DNA of 64,000 nucleotides from Aestuariivita sp. GTDB taxonomy: Bacteria > Pseudomonadota > Alphaproteobacteria > Rhodobacterales > Rhodobacteraceae. The stretch covers positions 455-64,454 of the forward strand of contig JAPORU010000047.1 of assembly GCA_026710045.1 (NCBI GenBank), given 5' to 3'. A program made the translations under genes and the position numbers. This document shows positions 30,046 through 40,550 of the stretch, one piece after another (position 1 is the stretch's first letter; each line of letters opens with the position of its first letter). Below the pieces are notes generated by a model, which was given only the letters and a program-made list of their open reading frames with translations, made no database searches and was not told the origin of the DNA.

Positions 30046-31661
30046 GACGACGTTTCCCGGAGTTTGAAACGTTGGATCTTGCCGCTTTCGGTTTTTGGCA
30101 AAGTCTTTGCGAAGACCACTGAGCGGGGATACTTGTATGGGGCGATGGTCGTCTTGACGTGATCCTGCAGATGCTTGATCAAGGCATCGGAAGGGACCGC
30201 GTTTATATCCAATACGACATGTGCCTCGACAATAGTGCCACGCTCTTCATCCGACGTGCCGATTACTGCGCATTCCGCGACCGCCTCATGGGCAAGCAGC
30301 GCCGCTTCGACTTCCGGTCCGGCGATGTTGTAACCTCCTGAAACGATCATATCGTCGTTACGAGCCGCAAAGTGGAAATAGCCTTCGTTATCTTGGCTGA
30401 AGGCATCACCGGAGATATTCCAGCCGGCTTGAACGTATTCCATCTGACGCTCGGCGTGCAGATATCGGCAGCCGGTAGGCCCTCGGATGGCGAGTCGTCC
30501 AACTTCGCCTCGTGGTAGTTCTGCGCCATCGGGGCCGATCACCTTGGCCTCGTACCCGGTCACGGGTTTGCCTGTGCAGGCGGGCTTATGATCTTCAAAT
30601 CGGTTGGTAATGAAAATGTGCAGCATCTCGGTAGCGCCGATTCCATCCAACATGGGCTTGTCGGTTTTCTGTTGCCATTCGTCATAGACAGGTGCCGGCA
30701 AAGTTTCACCTGCTGAGACGGCAGCGCGGAGGGAAGAGAGGTCTGCGCCTTCATCCATGGCTCGAAGCATGGCTCGATACGCGGTGGGCGATGTGAAGCA
30801 GACGGTTGCCTTATAGGTTTCAATGATCTCAATGATGTTTGGCGGAGAGGCATTTTCCAAAAGCGTCGCTGTGGCCCCGAAACGCAAAGGGAAGATCGCG
30901 AGTCCACCGAGCCCGAAGGTGAAGGCCAAGGGTGGAGAGCCGATGAACACATCGTCTGGCTGTACGTTGAGTACTTCCTTCGCGTAGCCGTCCGCGATGA
31001 TCAACAGGTCGCGGTGGAAGTGCATGGTCGCCTTGGGGTTGCCGGTTGAGCCTGAGGTAAATCCGATCAAGGCGACATCGTCCTGGGCCGTTGGAATGGA
31101 TTCAAACTGAACGGGTTTGGTCAATGCCAGTCGGTCAAGTTCAGCATCATGGTTGGCGGTGCCGTCAAAGCCGACGACGGTTTTCAGATGTGCGCTGTTC
31201 TTGGCGCAGGCAATCATCTCGTCCATCAGCCGGGTATCGCACAAGGCATGTGTGATTTCGGCTTTCTCGACGTATTTGGCAAGCTCGCTGACGCGTAACA
31301 TCGGCATGGTGTTTACCACTGCCGCGCCGACCTTGGTCGCTGCCAGCCAGCACGCCACCATGGCTGGGTTGTTGGCGGAGCGGATCAGCACACGATTGCC
31401 TGGCCGCACACCCAGGTCTTCAACCAGCGCATGGGCCAAACGGTTGGTCCAGTCGGTCAGTTCCTTGTAGGTGCGTCGCCGCCCGTTACCGATCAGCGCC
31501 GTGTGATCGCCAAAGCCTTTAGCGACCATTGTGTCGGTCAATTCACGAGCCGCATTGAGACGATCCGGATAGTTGAACCCCTCCAGTAACAGATCCGGCC
31601 ATTGTTCTATCGGGGGGAGATGGTCGCGTGTAAAGGTGTCACTATGTGCTGATGGTTTCAT
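30042..31661 (-). CDS. aryl-CoA ligase, most like 2-aminobenzoate(anthranilate)-CoA / benzoate-CoA ligase
   Basis: 539 aa. AMP-binding motifs FTSGSTGNPKA and SGDAFSQDNEGYFHF...GKIQRFKLR. The N-terminus TFTRDHLPPIEQWPDLL is typical of aromatic acid-CoA ligases. The specific assignment rests on operon context. Confidence 0.75.
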   Translation of the reverse strand: MKPSAHSDTFTRDHLPPIEQWPDLLLEGFNYPDRLNAARELTDTMVAKGFGDHTALIGNGRRRTYKELTDWTNRLAHALVEDLGVRPGNRVLIRSANNPAMVACWLAATKVGAAVVNTMPMLRVSELAKYVEKAEITHALCDTRLMDEMIACAKNSAHLKTVVGFDGTANHDAELDRLALTKPVQFESIPTAQDDVALIGFTSGSTGNPKATMHFHRDLLIIADGYAKEVLNVQPDDVFIGSPPLAFTFGLGGLAIFPLRFGATATLLENASPPNIIEIIETYKATVCFTSPTAYRAMLRAMDEGADLSSLRAAVSAGETLPAPVYDEWQQKTDKPMLDGIGATEMLHIFITNRFEDHKPACTGKPVTGYEAKVIGPDGAELPRGEVGRLAIRGPTGCRYLHAERQMEYVQAGWNISGDAFSQDNEGYFHFAARNDDMIVSGGYNIAGPEVEAALLAHEAVAECAVIGTSDEERGTIVEAHVVLDINAVPSDALIKHLQDHVKTTIAPYKYPRSVVFAKTLPKTESGKIQRFKLRETSS

Positions 31662-32817
31662 GTTTTTCTCTTTGATGTGTTGCGAGCGTCTGACGCGCGA
31701 TCACCACACGCTGGACATCTGAAGCGCCTTCGTAAATGCGCAAGGCCCTGACTTCGCGGTAAAGTCTTTCGACGGTTTCACCTGTCTTTACCCCGTCCCC
31801 GCCGTGCAATTGCACGGCTTTGTCGATTACCTGGTGCGCTTGGTCGGTGGCGAAGAGCTTTGCCATTGCCGCCTCGCGGGTAATGCGCGGTGTACCATTG
31901 TCCTTTGCCCAGGCGGCGCGGTAGACAAGAAGCGCGCTGGCATCGACAGTCAGTGCCATGTCTGCGACATGCCCTTGTACTAACTGTCGATCCGCAAGGG
32001 CCGTGCCTTGAATCTGACGTGTGGTGACGCGCGTTAAAACTTCATCAAGTGCCCTGCGCGCAAAACCTACAGCCGCCGCTCCCACCGTCGAGCGGAACAC
32101 ATCGAGAACCGACATGGCAATTCTAAACCCTTGTCCTGGTGCGCCGATCATGGCCGTTACGGGCACATGGACCTCGTTGAACGTCAGCGTCGCTAGCGGG
32201 TGCGGTGCGATGGTTTCCAGGCGTTCTGTAATCTCAAGACCCGGTGTGTCGGCAGGTACGATGAAGGCTGACATACCCTTTGCGCCCGACGCTTCACCGG
32301 TCCGTGCAAATACTGTGTACATATCCGCAATACCGCCGTTCGAGATCCAGGTTTTCTTGCCGTGCAGCACATAATGTCTGCCGTTCCGTGTAGCACTCAT
32401 CGTGTTGGCCGCCACATCCGAGCCACAGCCAGGCTCGGTGAGGGCGAAGGCCGAAATGGCCTTTCCTGCGCGCGTTAACGGTAACCACTCTGCCTTTTGC
32501 TCTGGTGAACCAAACAGGGAAATTGCTCCTGTGCCCAGACCTTGCATAGCAAAGGCGAAATCGGCCAGCCCGTCGTACCGGGCCAAGATTTCCCGGATCA
32601 GGCAGAGCGTGCGCACATCGAGTGTTCCCTCTTCTGCCCCAGAATGTATGGCAAAACCGGCCTCGCCGAGTATGGTAACGAATTGACGACACGCGGCGTC
32701 GGTATCGGAATGATCCACGGCGCTTAGGCTTGCGGCAGACCATGCGTCTAGTTCTGCTGCTAAATTGCGGTGTTTCTCTTCGAAAAAGGGCCAGGTGAGA
32801 AAGCTCTGATCCATCAT
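31642..32817 (-). CDS. acyl-CoA dehydrogenase family protein
   Basis: 391 aa. FALTEPGCGSD...KTWISNG...RIYEGASDVQ. Confidence 0.9.
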   Translation of the reverse strand: MMDQSFLTWPFFEEKHRNLAAELDAWSAASLSAVDHSDTDAACRQFVTILGEAGFAIHSGAEEGTLDVRTLCLIREILARYDGLADFAFAMQGLGTGAISLFGSPEQKAEWLPLTRAGKAISAFALTEPGCGSDVAANTMSATRNGRHYVLHGKKTWISNGGIADMYTVFARTGEASGAKGMSAFIVPADTPGLEITERLETIAPHPLATLTFNEVHVPVTAMIGAPGQGFRIAMSVLDVFRSTVGAAAVGFARRALDEVLTRVTTRQIQGTALADRQLVQGHVADMALTVDASALLVYRAAWAKDNGTPRITREAAMAKLFATDQAHQVIDKAVQLHGGDGVKTGETVERLYREVRALRIYEGASDVQRVVIARQTLATHQREKHETIST

Positions 32818-33629
32818 TAATCGCCTTCGAATACAGGTCGCTCTTTGGCAACAAAAGCGTGGTAGGCGCGGTGGAAGTCCCGCCCTTGCATACAGATCGC
32901 CTGTGCTTGTGCCTCGGCCTCAATGGCCTGATCGATACTCATCGACCATTCTTGTGCTAGCATCGTTTTTGTCATCATGTTGGCCCAGGTCGGCCCATCC
33001 GCAATACGTTTCGCCAGGCCTAGGGCTGTTTCTGTCAGCTGTTCCATTGATACAGTCTGGTTGAAATACCCCCATGCCACGCCTTCCTCGGCACTCATGG
33101 ACCGCCCTAAATAGAGCAGTTCTGCCGCGCGCCCCTGGCCAATAATCCGGGGCAGGATTGCACAGGCGCCCATATCGCAACCTGCCAGGCCTACTCGGTT
33201 AAACAGGAAAGACGTCTTCGCTTCAGGTGTGGCAATCCGTAGATCAGATGCCATTGAAATGATCGCACCTGCACCGGCACAAACGCCGTCAACGGCGGCA
33301 ATGATCGGTTTGCCGCAATTTACCATTGCTTTAACCAGATCACCGGTCATGCGTGTGAAGGTCAGAAGCTCTTTCATGCTCATTCTGGTCAGCGGTCCGA
33401 TGATGTCATGCACATCACCTCCGGACGAGAAGTTACCCCCGTTCGATGCAAAAACCACGGCCTTTACGCTATCGGCATAACGCAGATCGCGAAACCAATC
33501 CCGGAGTTCGGCATAACTCTCAAAGGTTAGAGGGTTTTTCCGTTCCGGCCTGTCCAATGAGACCGTCGCGATTCCATCTTCGATCTTGCACAAGAAGTGC
33601 TGTACGTCAGTTCGCATTTTTTTTCTCAT
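32817..33629 (-). CDS. enoyl-CoA hydratase/isomerase (crotonase) family protein
   Basis: 270 aa. [11 protein letters not shown]...[10 protein letters not shown]...[16 protein letters not shown]. Confidence 0.9.
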   Translation of the reverse strand: MRKKMRTDVQHFLCKIEDGIATVSLDRPERKNPLTFESYAELRDWFRDLRYADSVKAVVFASNGGNFSSGGDVHDIIGPLTRMSMKELLTFTRMTGDLVKAMVNCGKPIIAAVDGVCAGAGAIISMASDLRIATPEAKTSFLFNRVGLAGCDMGACAILPRIIGQGRAAELLYLGRSMSAEEGVAWGYFNQTVSMEQLTETALGLAKRIADGPTWANMMTKTMLAQEWSMSIDQAIEAEAQAQAICMQGRDFHRAYHAFVAKERPVFEGD

Positions 33630-34089
33630 CGTTCAGGGTTTCATTCATTCGGTCCAGCCGCGCCATCATGTCCTTGATGTCATTTTCATCAAGCTTGCCG
33701 AGGATCTCATCAATCCATGCTTCATGTGCTGTGGAATGCGCGGCAAACATGTTGCATCCCTTCGCTGTCAGACGCACCAATTGAGCGCGGCGGTCCCCCG
33801 GAACCGCAACACGTAATGCCAAGTCTTCCTCGGTGAGTTTGTCAACGATTCCGGTAACGTTGCCACCTGAAACCCTCAATAGTTTGGAGATCTCGCCCAT
33901 CTTCAATCCGTCGGGTGCCCGAGATAACGCCGACATCACGTCAAAGCGTGGAAGTGTCCAATCGTGGTCGTTTCTGAATCTGCGTCGGATTTCATCTTCG
34001 ATCAGGCTGCTTGCTTTCAATAGTTTCAGCCAGAGTCGCAAGCGTTTCTTTGAGAGTGGCTGAGTGGCCTGATTCGGCTTGGGGATCAT
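33607..34089 (-). CDS. MarR-family transcriptional regulator
   Basis: 160 aa. Winged-[13 protein letters not shown]...[22 protein letters not shown]...[10 protein letters not shown]. Embedded in the operon, overlapping both neighbouring genes. Confidence 0.85.
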   Translation of the reverse strand: MIPKPNQATQPLSKKRLRLWLKLLKASSLIEDEIRRRFRNDHDWTLPRFDVMSALSRAPDGLKMGEISKLLRVSGGNVTGIVDKLTEEDLALRVAVPGDRRAQLVRLTAKGCNMFAAHSTAHEAWIDEILGKLDENDIKDMMARLDRMNETLNDEKKNAN

Positions 34090-34829
34090 ATTTCGCCTCC
34101 TGAAACACTCAATGCATGTCCATTAACAGACCGAGCGATTTCGGAGCAGAGCCAAAGTACAGTGCCCGCGATTTCGTCGGTTTGAATAAATCTTTTTTGT
34201 GGGTTTTTTGCGTAGAGGGCTGCGCGGGCCTTGTCTTCGGACATACCGGTCTTTTCGATAATGTTGGCGATGGAGCGTTCCAACATTGAGGTTTCAATAA
34301 AGCTGGGGCAGATTGTATTGACGGTAATACCGGTGGCGGCAAGTTCCAGCGACAGTGCGCGAGTGAGACCAATGACACCGTGTTTTGACGCGCAATAGGC
34401 CGAGACATAGGGATAGCCTTTCAGGCCTGCTGTTGACGCAATGGCAATCAAACGACCCCAAGCTGCGGCCTTCATGTCCGCTAAAGCCGCTTGCCAGACA
34501 TTCACAACGCCAATGAGGTTTACGGCTAGCATTGCCTGCAGTTGGCTGGTTGCCATTTGAGCGAAGGGGACACTGTCTGCTATTCCTGCATTCGCAATGA
34601 CCACCGAGATTGGCCCCTGTTGTGAGCGCGCCGCGTTAAACGCTTCAACCACGGCGCCTGCATCTGTCACATCGCACAATTGATAGGGCAGGTTTTGCGC
34701 TTGTAACGGTTCTTCGTGACGTCCTATAATTGTGACCCGTGCTTCGGCCTTGGCAAGCGTCCGCGCGGTCTCTGCACCGACTCCCGTGCCGCCACCGGTC
34801 ACAATGATATGTTTGCCGGATAGGGTCAT
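34086..34829 (-). CDS. SDR-family oxidoreductase (3-hydroxyacyl-CoA dehydrogenase-like)
   Basis: 247 aa. TGGGTGVG Rossmann motif and the YCASKHG catalytic motif. Confidence 0.85.
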   Translation of the reverse strand: MTLSGKHIIVTGGGTGVGAETARTLAKAEARVTIIGRHEEPLQAQNLPYQLCDVTDAGAVVEAFNAARSQQGPISVVIANAGIADSVPFAQMATSQLQAMLAVNLIGVVNVWQAALADMKAAAWGRLIAIASTAGLKGYPYVSAYCASKHGVIGLTRALSLELAATGITVNTICPSFIETSMLERSIANIIEKTGMSEDKARAALYAKNPQKRFIQTDEIAGTVLWLCSEIARSVNGHALSVSGGEI

Positions 34830-37117
34830 ATTTGGATTGTCTCTATCTCGCGGTCAGCCAGACGCCAGGCCTGATCGCGGCCCGCTTCGTACGGCTTGGC
34901 CCAATCAGCTTGTCGATCTCCAATCTTTACGCCTTGGTGAAGGGTCCAGTAAGGATCGGCCAGATGCGGACGCCCCACGGCGACCAGATCGGCGCGACCG
35001 GCCATCAGGATTGAATTGGCGTGATCTGCGTCGTAGATATTGCCTACCGTCATGGTTTTGACGCCTGCGTCATTTCGGATACGGTCACTGAACGGCGTCT
35101 GGAACATACGACCATAGACGGGTTTGGCATCGGTCGTGGTTTGCCCGGCGGACACGTCAATGAGATCTGCACCGGCATCGGTGAATGCGCGCGCAATTTT
35201 CACCGCCTCTTCGGGTGTAACACCTGCGTTTCCTACCCAGTCGCTGGCCGAGATGCGCACTGACATGGGTTTGGCCTTGGGCCAAACAGCGCGCATGGCC
35301 TGAAATACCTCCAGCGGATAACGCATCCGGTTTTCCAGGCTGCCACCGAATTCATCCTGACGGGTGTTGGATACCGGGGAGATAAAGCTGGAGATTAAAT
35401 AGCCATGTGCCGCGTGCAGTTCAATCATGTCAAAGCCCGCGTGGTCGGCCATATGGACAGATGCGACAAATTGGTTGCGGACCTCGTCCATCTCGGTCCG
35501 CGTGATTTCGTGCGGGGTCGCGTTGTCTACGGACCAGGGGATGCTTGATGCGCTCACAAGAGTCCAGTTCCCTGCAGCGAGTGGCTTGTCCATTCCCTCC
35601 CAACCGATATTGGTGGAGCCTTTGCGGCCCGAATGTCCGATCTGGCAGCAGATCTTGGCGTCTGTAAACTCATGCACGAAATTGGTTAACCGCTTCCAAC
35701 TCGCCTTATGCTCGGGTGCATAAAGACCCGGACAACCTAGTGTGATCCGGCCCTCGGCTGAGACACAGGTCATCTCGGTATACACCAATCCTGCACCGCC
35801 TTTAGCGCGTTCGCCATAATGGCACAGGTGCCAATCGTTTGGGATACCGTCCTTGGCTAGGTATTGTGCCATGGGTGAAACTACGATCCGATTCTTCAGT
35901 TTAAGGTCCCGAAGCTTTAATGGCACGAACATGGGTGCGCGAACCGGCGCATTTGCGGACATTCCCGCCTGATTCATGAACCACCGCTCGGCGTTTTCCA
36001 TCCAGTCTGGATCGCGTAGCCGTAGGTTTTCATGGCTGATCCTCTGTGAGCGTGTCAGCATCGCGTAATTCAATTGCACTGAGTCGAACCGCAGGTAGCG
36101 CTCTACCTGTTCGAACCATTCCAGCGAGTTGCGAGCCGCCGATTGCAAGCGTAGTACTTCGAGCCGACGCTCCGCTTGATACCGGGTGAAGGCTATATTC
36201 AGGCTGTCTTCGATGTGAATGTATTTGGCCAGCGCAATGGCGCATTCCATGGCAAGTTTGGTGCCGGAGCCAATCGAAAAATGTGCCGTGGCCGAGGCAT
36301 CCCCAAGCAGAACCACGTTCTCGTGATGCCAGGTTTCACACAACACCCGTGGAAAGCGAAGCCAAGCGGAGCCACGGATGTGGTTGGCGTTGGTCATTAA
36401 AGAATGCCCTCCGAGGTGATCTTCGAAGATTTTCTCGCAAACCGCAATGCTTTCTTGCTGGGACATGTCGGCAAAGCCGAACCTGTCAAAGGTTTCCTGT
36501 GCGCATTCCACGATGAACGTTGCGGTGTCGTCATCGAATTGATAGGCGTGGACCCAGACCCAGCCATGCTCCGTCTCTTCGAAGATGAAGGTAAAGGCAT
36601 TGTCGAATTTCTGGTGTGTTCCGAGCCAAACAAACTGGCACAACCGCTGATCGATACTGGGTCGGAAGCGATCTGCGTAGAGCATGCGCGTCTTGGAATT
36701 TAGACCGTCGCTGCCCACCACCACGTCAAAGCTGTGGCGATATATTTCGGCACTCTCGGCTTCCGTCTCAAACCGGAGTTCGACACCCAATTCACGCGCC
36801 CTGTCTTGTAACAGCAAAAGCAGTTTTCTGCGCCCGATTCCGCAGAAACCATGCCCTGACGAGATGTGTGTTTCGCCTCGGTAATGCAGAGTGATATTAT
36901 CCCAATAGGCAAAGTTGTCGCCAATAGCCTTGGCCGAGACGGGGTCATTATTTGTAAGGTTACTGAGCGTCTCGTCCGACAAAACAACGCCCCAGCCAAA
37001 AGTGTCGTCACAGCGGTTGCGCTCGATGACGACTACCTCGACTGTCGGATCGCGTAGCTTCATTGATATCGCAAAGTAGAGCCCCGCAGGGCCGCCGCCT
37101 AAACACGCAATTTGCAT
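34826..37117 (-). CDS. bifunctional FAD monooxygenase / OYE-type NADH:flavin reductase (2-aminobenzoyl-CoA monooxygenase-reductase / salicylyl-CoA 5-hydroxylase family)
   Basis: Start trimmed to [20 protein letters not shown] (GxGxxG). The N-terminal half is a flavin monooxygenase. The C-terminal half is old-yellow-enzyme-like ([11 protein letters not shown]...[14 protein letters not shown]). Confidence 0.8.
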   Translation of the reverse strand: MQIACLGGGPAGLYFAISMKLRDPTVEVVVIERNRCDDTFGWGVVLSDETLSNLTNNDPVSAKAIGDNFAYWDNITLHYRGETHISSGHGFCGIGRRKLLLLLQDRARELGVELRFETEAESAEIYRHSFDVVVGSDGLNSKTRMLYADRFRPSIDQRLCQFVWLGTHQKFDNAFTFIFEETEHGWVWVHAYQFDDDTATFIVECAQETFDRFGFADMSQQESIAVCEKIFEDHLGGHSLMTNANHIRGSAWLRFPRVLCETWHHENVVLLGDASATAHFSIGSGTKLAMECAIALAKYIHIEDSLNIAFTRYQAERRLEVLRLQSAARNSLEWFEQVERYLRFDSVQLNYAMLTRSQRISHENLRLRDPDWMENAERWFMNQAGMSANAPVRAPMFVPLKLRDLKLKNRIVVSPMAQYLAKDGIPNDWHLCHYGERAKGGAGLVYTEMTCVSAEGRITLGCPGLYAPEHKASWKRLTNFVHEFTDAKICCQIGHSGRKGSTNIGWEGMDKPLAAGNWTLVSASSIPWSVDNATPHEITRTEMDEVRNQFVASVHMADHAGFDMIELHAAHGYLISSFISPVSNTRQDEFGGSLENRMRYPLEVFQAMRAVWPKAKPMSVRISASDWVGNAGVTPEEAVKIARAFTDAGADLIDVSAGQTTTDAKPVYGRMFQTPFSDRIRNDAGVKTMTVGNIYDADHANSILMAGRADLVAVGRPHLADPYWTLHQGVKIGDRQADWAKPYEAGRDQAWRLADREIETIQI

Positions 37118-37197
37118 CGCGGTCTCCCAATCGGTTGCTATCCAAGAGTTGCAGCAATTGATAGTGATTCTGATATGTCTAGAAGAGTCGCTTAAAT

Positions 37198-37213
37198 ATT
37201 TCAAGCTTGAAAT
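37198..37213. promoter_or_regulatory. perfect 16-bp palindrome, candidate MarR operator
   Basis: ATTTCAAGCTTGAAAT is self-complementary. It lies about 85 bp upstream of the inferred start of the first gene of the minus-strand operon that encodes a MarR regulator. Confidence 0.3.
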
Positions 37214-38082
37214 CTTGATGTATTATCTATCAGCGGAGGAATCGAGCGATTCGGGTGATTGTTCGGCGATGTTCGTGTAAGAATCCCAGGCGATGTATCC
37301 GATCTTTGTCTCTGGGATTGTCGGGCCGCGTCGGACGTATCTGCCAAAGTCTGCCTGCAGTGAATTCATATGTTGCTTTGGTTTGACAGAGTCTGATTGC
37401 GGGTCAGATTCAGGGTCGACGATTCCCGTACGATCAGGTTTGGTGGGCGATACAAGCTGGTCGGTGCCAAGAGTTGGATTTTCAACTGTATGATCACCGA
37501 TGTGTTTATGATGCGGGTCAAATCTGAAGGATAAGATTGAGGGTGTTAATATCGACGGCACGTTTTCTTCCAGGCGTCGATCATTGGTATGATGCAGATG
37601 GATGAGGTCTTTGTACGTGGTGAAAAAATGTCGAATATTGAGGGTCGTGCCAGGATTATTAGCTGTTTGAATTGGATTGATTTCGGCATCAACCGGGGCG
37701 TCATCGGTGCGCTATCCGTATCTATACGATCGATTGCAGTCTGTTCGGCAAGACGCTTGCTACACTTCAGCTTTTGAGAACGATCTGGTTGACGTGCAGA
37801 TTGAGATATCACAAGGTCTGTTTGCGTTTCTGTGGCAGGGACGGATGACGGGCGCGTATAAAAAACTTTGTTACATTGATCAGCTTGGTTGCGTGTAATG
37901 ATTGTGGCAAGGTGCTGAGAGTCGAACGTCAGGCCTGCGGCATGTACGGTGGGAACGGAGTGTTCAATGAGTATGGGTGTTCAGCACGTCATGAACCTTG
38001 AGATCGTGAACAGTTTTGAGTGTATGCATGATATCTATATGCCGACCCTTGGTCGCGGGATTATGGGCATGCAGGTGTTTCG

Positions 38083-38901
38083 GTGAGCAATGTGGTGGGG
38101 ATCGATTGGGAAGACGCTTTCACCAATGTCGATTACATTCCGGATGGTCGGCGTTATCCGGATAGGTGGGCTGAGCGTGCGGCGGCGTTTCGGGCGAATT
38201 GGGACGGACTGCTGGATCTCGTCTATGGTGAGCACCCGCGCGAACGGTTCGACCTGTTCTTTCCAAAAGGGAAGCCTAAAGGCCTTATTGTGATCGTTCA
38301 CGGTGGCTACTGGATTGCTTTCGATAAAAACAGTTGGTCTGATCTCGGGGCTGGCCCCTTGTCGCTCGGTTGGAGCGTTGCTTTGCCTAGCTACACGTTA
38401 GCCCCGGCGGTATCGATCCCGGAGATTACTGAACAGATTGGGCGCGCTATTAGCGTCATGGCTGCGAAGATCGACGGCCCGATCCGCCTGATTGGTCATT
38501 CGGCGGGTGGTCATCTGGTAGCTCGAATGGCATGCGATACCGGGCCATTGTCGAATGCGATCTCTCGACGTCTTAAAAGAGTGGTCTCGGTCAGTGGTCT
38601 TCATGACCTTCGTCCTTTGCTCAATCACAGTATGAATGACAAGCTGCGTCTAACCGAGGCCACCGCCGCAAAGGAAAGTGTCGTGTTGTCCAAGCCGTTA
38701 GCTGGGGTGGACGTTACGGCTTGGGTGGGGGCCCGGGAGCGGCCCGAATTTCTTCGTCAGTCTGCCTTGCTTGCTGAGGCCTGGGGTCGTATCGGAGCGA
38801 ACATCCGTGTTGTAGTCGACCCGTATCGGCACCATTTCGACGTGATCGATGGGCTCAAAGATCCAAACCACCCTTTATGCCAAAGTCTCGCAGGAGAATA
38901 A
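38083..38901 (+). CDS. alpha/beta-hydrolase arylformamidase (kynurenine formamidase, AFMID/Bna7 type)
   Basis: 272 aa. HGGYW oxyanion motif, GHSAGGHL nucleophile elbow and a C-terminal HHFDVIDGL histidine motif. Divergent from the kyn/abm operon. GTG start. Confidence 0.7.
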   Translation: MSNVVGIDWEDAFTNVDYIPDGRRYPDRWAERAAAFRANWDGLLDLVYGEHPRERFDLFFPKGKPKGLIVIVHGGYWIAFDKNSWSDLGAGPLSLGWSVALPSYTLAPAVSIPEITEQIGRAISVMAAKIDGPIRLIGHSAGGHLVARMACDTGPLSNAISRRLKRVVSVSGLHDLRPLLNHSMNDKLRLTEATAAKESVVLSKPLAGVDVTAWVGARERPEFLRQSALLAEAWGRIGANIRVVVDPYRHHFDVIDGLKDPNHPLCQSLAGE

Positions 38902-38902
38902 G

Positions 38903-39420
38903 ATGGTTGTGAATCGGACGTGCGATGCACCGTCGCTATCGTGACGATCGACAATTCGCCCATGAACGTGACGACCTCTGTCGCAGTGCGCAAGGGCTCC
39001 GGGATTTGATGGATCAGATCGAAACCGACAGTACCCGTAAGGTCGTTGTCCTGATCTGCATCGGTCAAATTTTTTTGTAAGGGCTGACATCAAGGAATTC
39101 GGCCGAACACCGGTCGCGCCGTATCAACCGAAATGTGCGTAGGGGATCGGCGATGTGTAAAGCCTTGGGTTGTCGTCATTCATGACACCGATTTGCGCGG
39201 TGGTTTGGAAACGGCTATGGATTGCCGCCATCGGATCGTTGACACAGATGCAAACGCTTGATCGTCGAAAGTGAAGTTCGAATGATAAGCCGAGAACGGC
39301 TTTCTTCCATTTTTTGACGCATCATAAGGGCGGAGGATGACGTCAAGGTATGTTCAGGACAGCTTGATGTGAACGATAGCCTGCACATGCTGAACAACCC
39401 TGATGAAGGATAACATGTGT
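38903..39420 (+). pseudogene. decayed enoyl-CoA hydratase (crotonase/FadB N-terminal-like) pseudogene
   Basis: Crotonase blocks are readable across three frames, separated by stops. They are VAIVTIDNSPMNV, LRDLMDQIETDSTRKVVVLICIGQIF(stop), ADIKEFGRTPVAPYQP and KPWVVVIHDTDLRGGLETAMDCRHRIV(stop). The end coordinate is approximate. Confidence 0.7.
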
Positions 39421-39616
39421 GCTCTTTTCTGTTCAAGGATTTGGGCTTGGAAGCCAATACCGAATGAGAGCCGGTTCCCATATCGTGTCAAGCGTCCTCA
39501 TTACCCTTCTCGTGGTCCACATGTTTGTTCTTCGCTGAACGGTCGCTCGCGTGTATCCGAATTCAACATGGTTTGATGTTTCTATAACACGTGAGCGACG
39601 TGTTTTCGGCCCGTTC

Positions 39617-40360
39617 TTACTGGACGGTTTTTTGATCAAGTGTTTTGTCACAAAGCTTGTTAATTGCCGTATGAAGTAAAACGGTAAGAATGGCGAGCGT
39701 GAGGAGTGCCGCGAACATAAGGTCTGTTTTCGCGCGTCCATTTGCTAACAGCATTAGATACCCGAGACCGCGTGACGCTCCCACCCATTCGCCAATGATG
39801 GCGCCAATGGGAGCATACACAGCGGCCAATCGCAGGCCCGAAGCAAACCCGGGTTTGGCTGCGGGAATTCGGATATGCCACATGATTCGCGTTGGTGATG
39901 CGCCCATGATACGCGCTAAGTTTAGCCATTCCGGGTTGGTTCGCATGAGTGCATCAAAAAAAGATGATGTAATTGGGAAATAGATAATTATGAGCGCCAT
40001 GAATATCTTTGAACTCAATCCATATCCGAGCCATAGGGTCAAAATTGGCGCTAAAGCGAACACTGGGATGGCTTGACTGAATACCAGCATCGGTCTTACC
40101 AATGTCCGTGCCATCGGTGAGGCCGCTAAGACAATGGCCGATAGACCTCCCAGAAGGGCGCCAAAGGCTAAGCCAAGCAAGACTTCAATCATGGTGATCG
40201 ACGCATGTTCAGCCAGCAAGGCCCGGCTTGTCCAGATTGTTTCTGCAACGAGGGTGGGGGGTGGCAAAATGAAGCGCGGAACATCAGAGATAACTATGAT
40301 GCTTTGCCAGAATGCGAGACCGACAAGAGTGGCCGCAATTGCGCCTTTCCAGCCACTCAT
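39617..40360 (-). CDS. ABC transporter permease (NitT/TauT family, ThiX-like)
   Basis: 247 aa with six TM segments and a binding-protein-dependent transport signature region. Confidence 0.85.
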   Translation of the reverse strand: MSGWKGAIAATLVGLAFWQSIIVISDVPRFILPPPTLVAETIWTSRALLAEHASITMIEVLLGLAFGALLGGLSAIVLAASPMARTLVRPMLVFSQAIPVFALAPILTLWLGYGLSSKIFMALIIIYFPITSSFFDALMRTNPEWLNLARIMGASPTRIMWHIRIPAAKPGFASGLRLAAVYAPIGAIIGEWVGASRGLGYLMLLANGRAKTDLMFAALLTLAILTVLLHTAINKLCDKTLDQKTVQ

Positions 40361-40550
40361 GATATCACTATTGGAGTGTTGCCGTGGGACAAAATGGAGA
40401 GCAATCGGACTCGTGTAACGTCAACTGTGAGCAAATGGCATTTCGGTGTACTCTTCAAGCTCGCACAAAGGATTATAAAGGTATGGAGTGGTTCTTTGGA
40501 GGAAAGTCGATGTGAAGGTCCCGTGATGTTGCGGCAGGCGGGTACAAAAA

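Noticed and set aside
32294-32923. 209-aa minus-strand ORF and several other ORFs of 100-175 aa (e.g. 26338..26865, 55252..55776, 25068..25604, 30560..30952)
   Set aside because: They are alternative-frame or antisense shadows inside confidently identified genes (ACAD, dcd-like, ribD, CoA ligase). Their Arg/Ser/Pro-rich composition is typical of off-frame translation.
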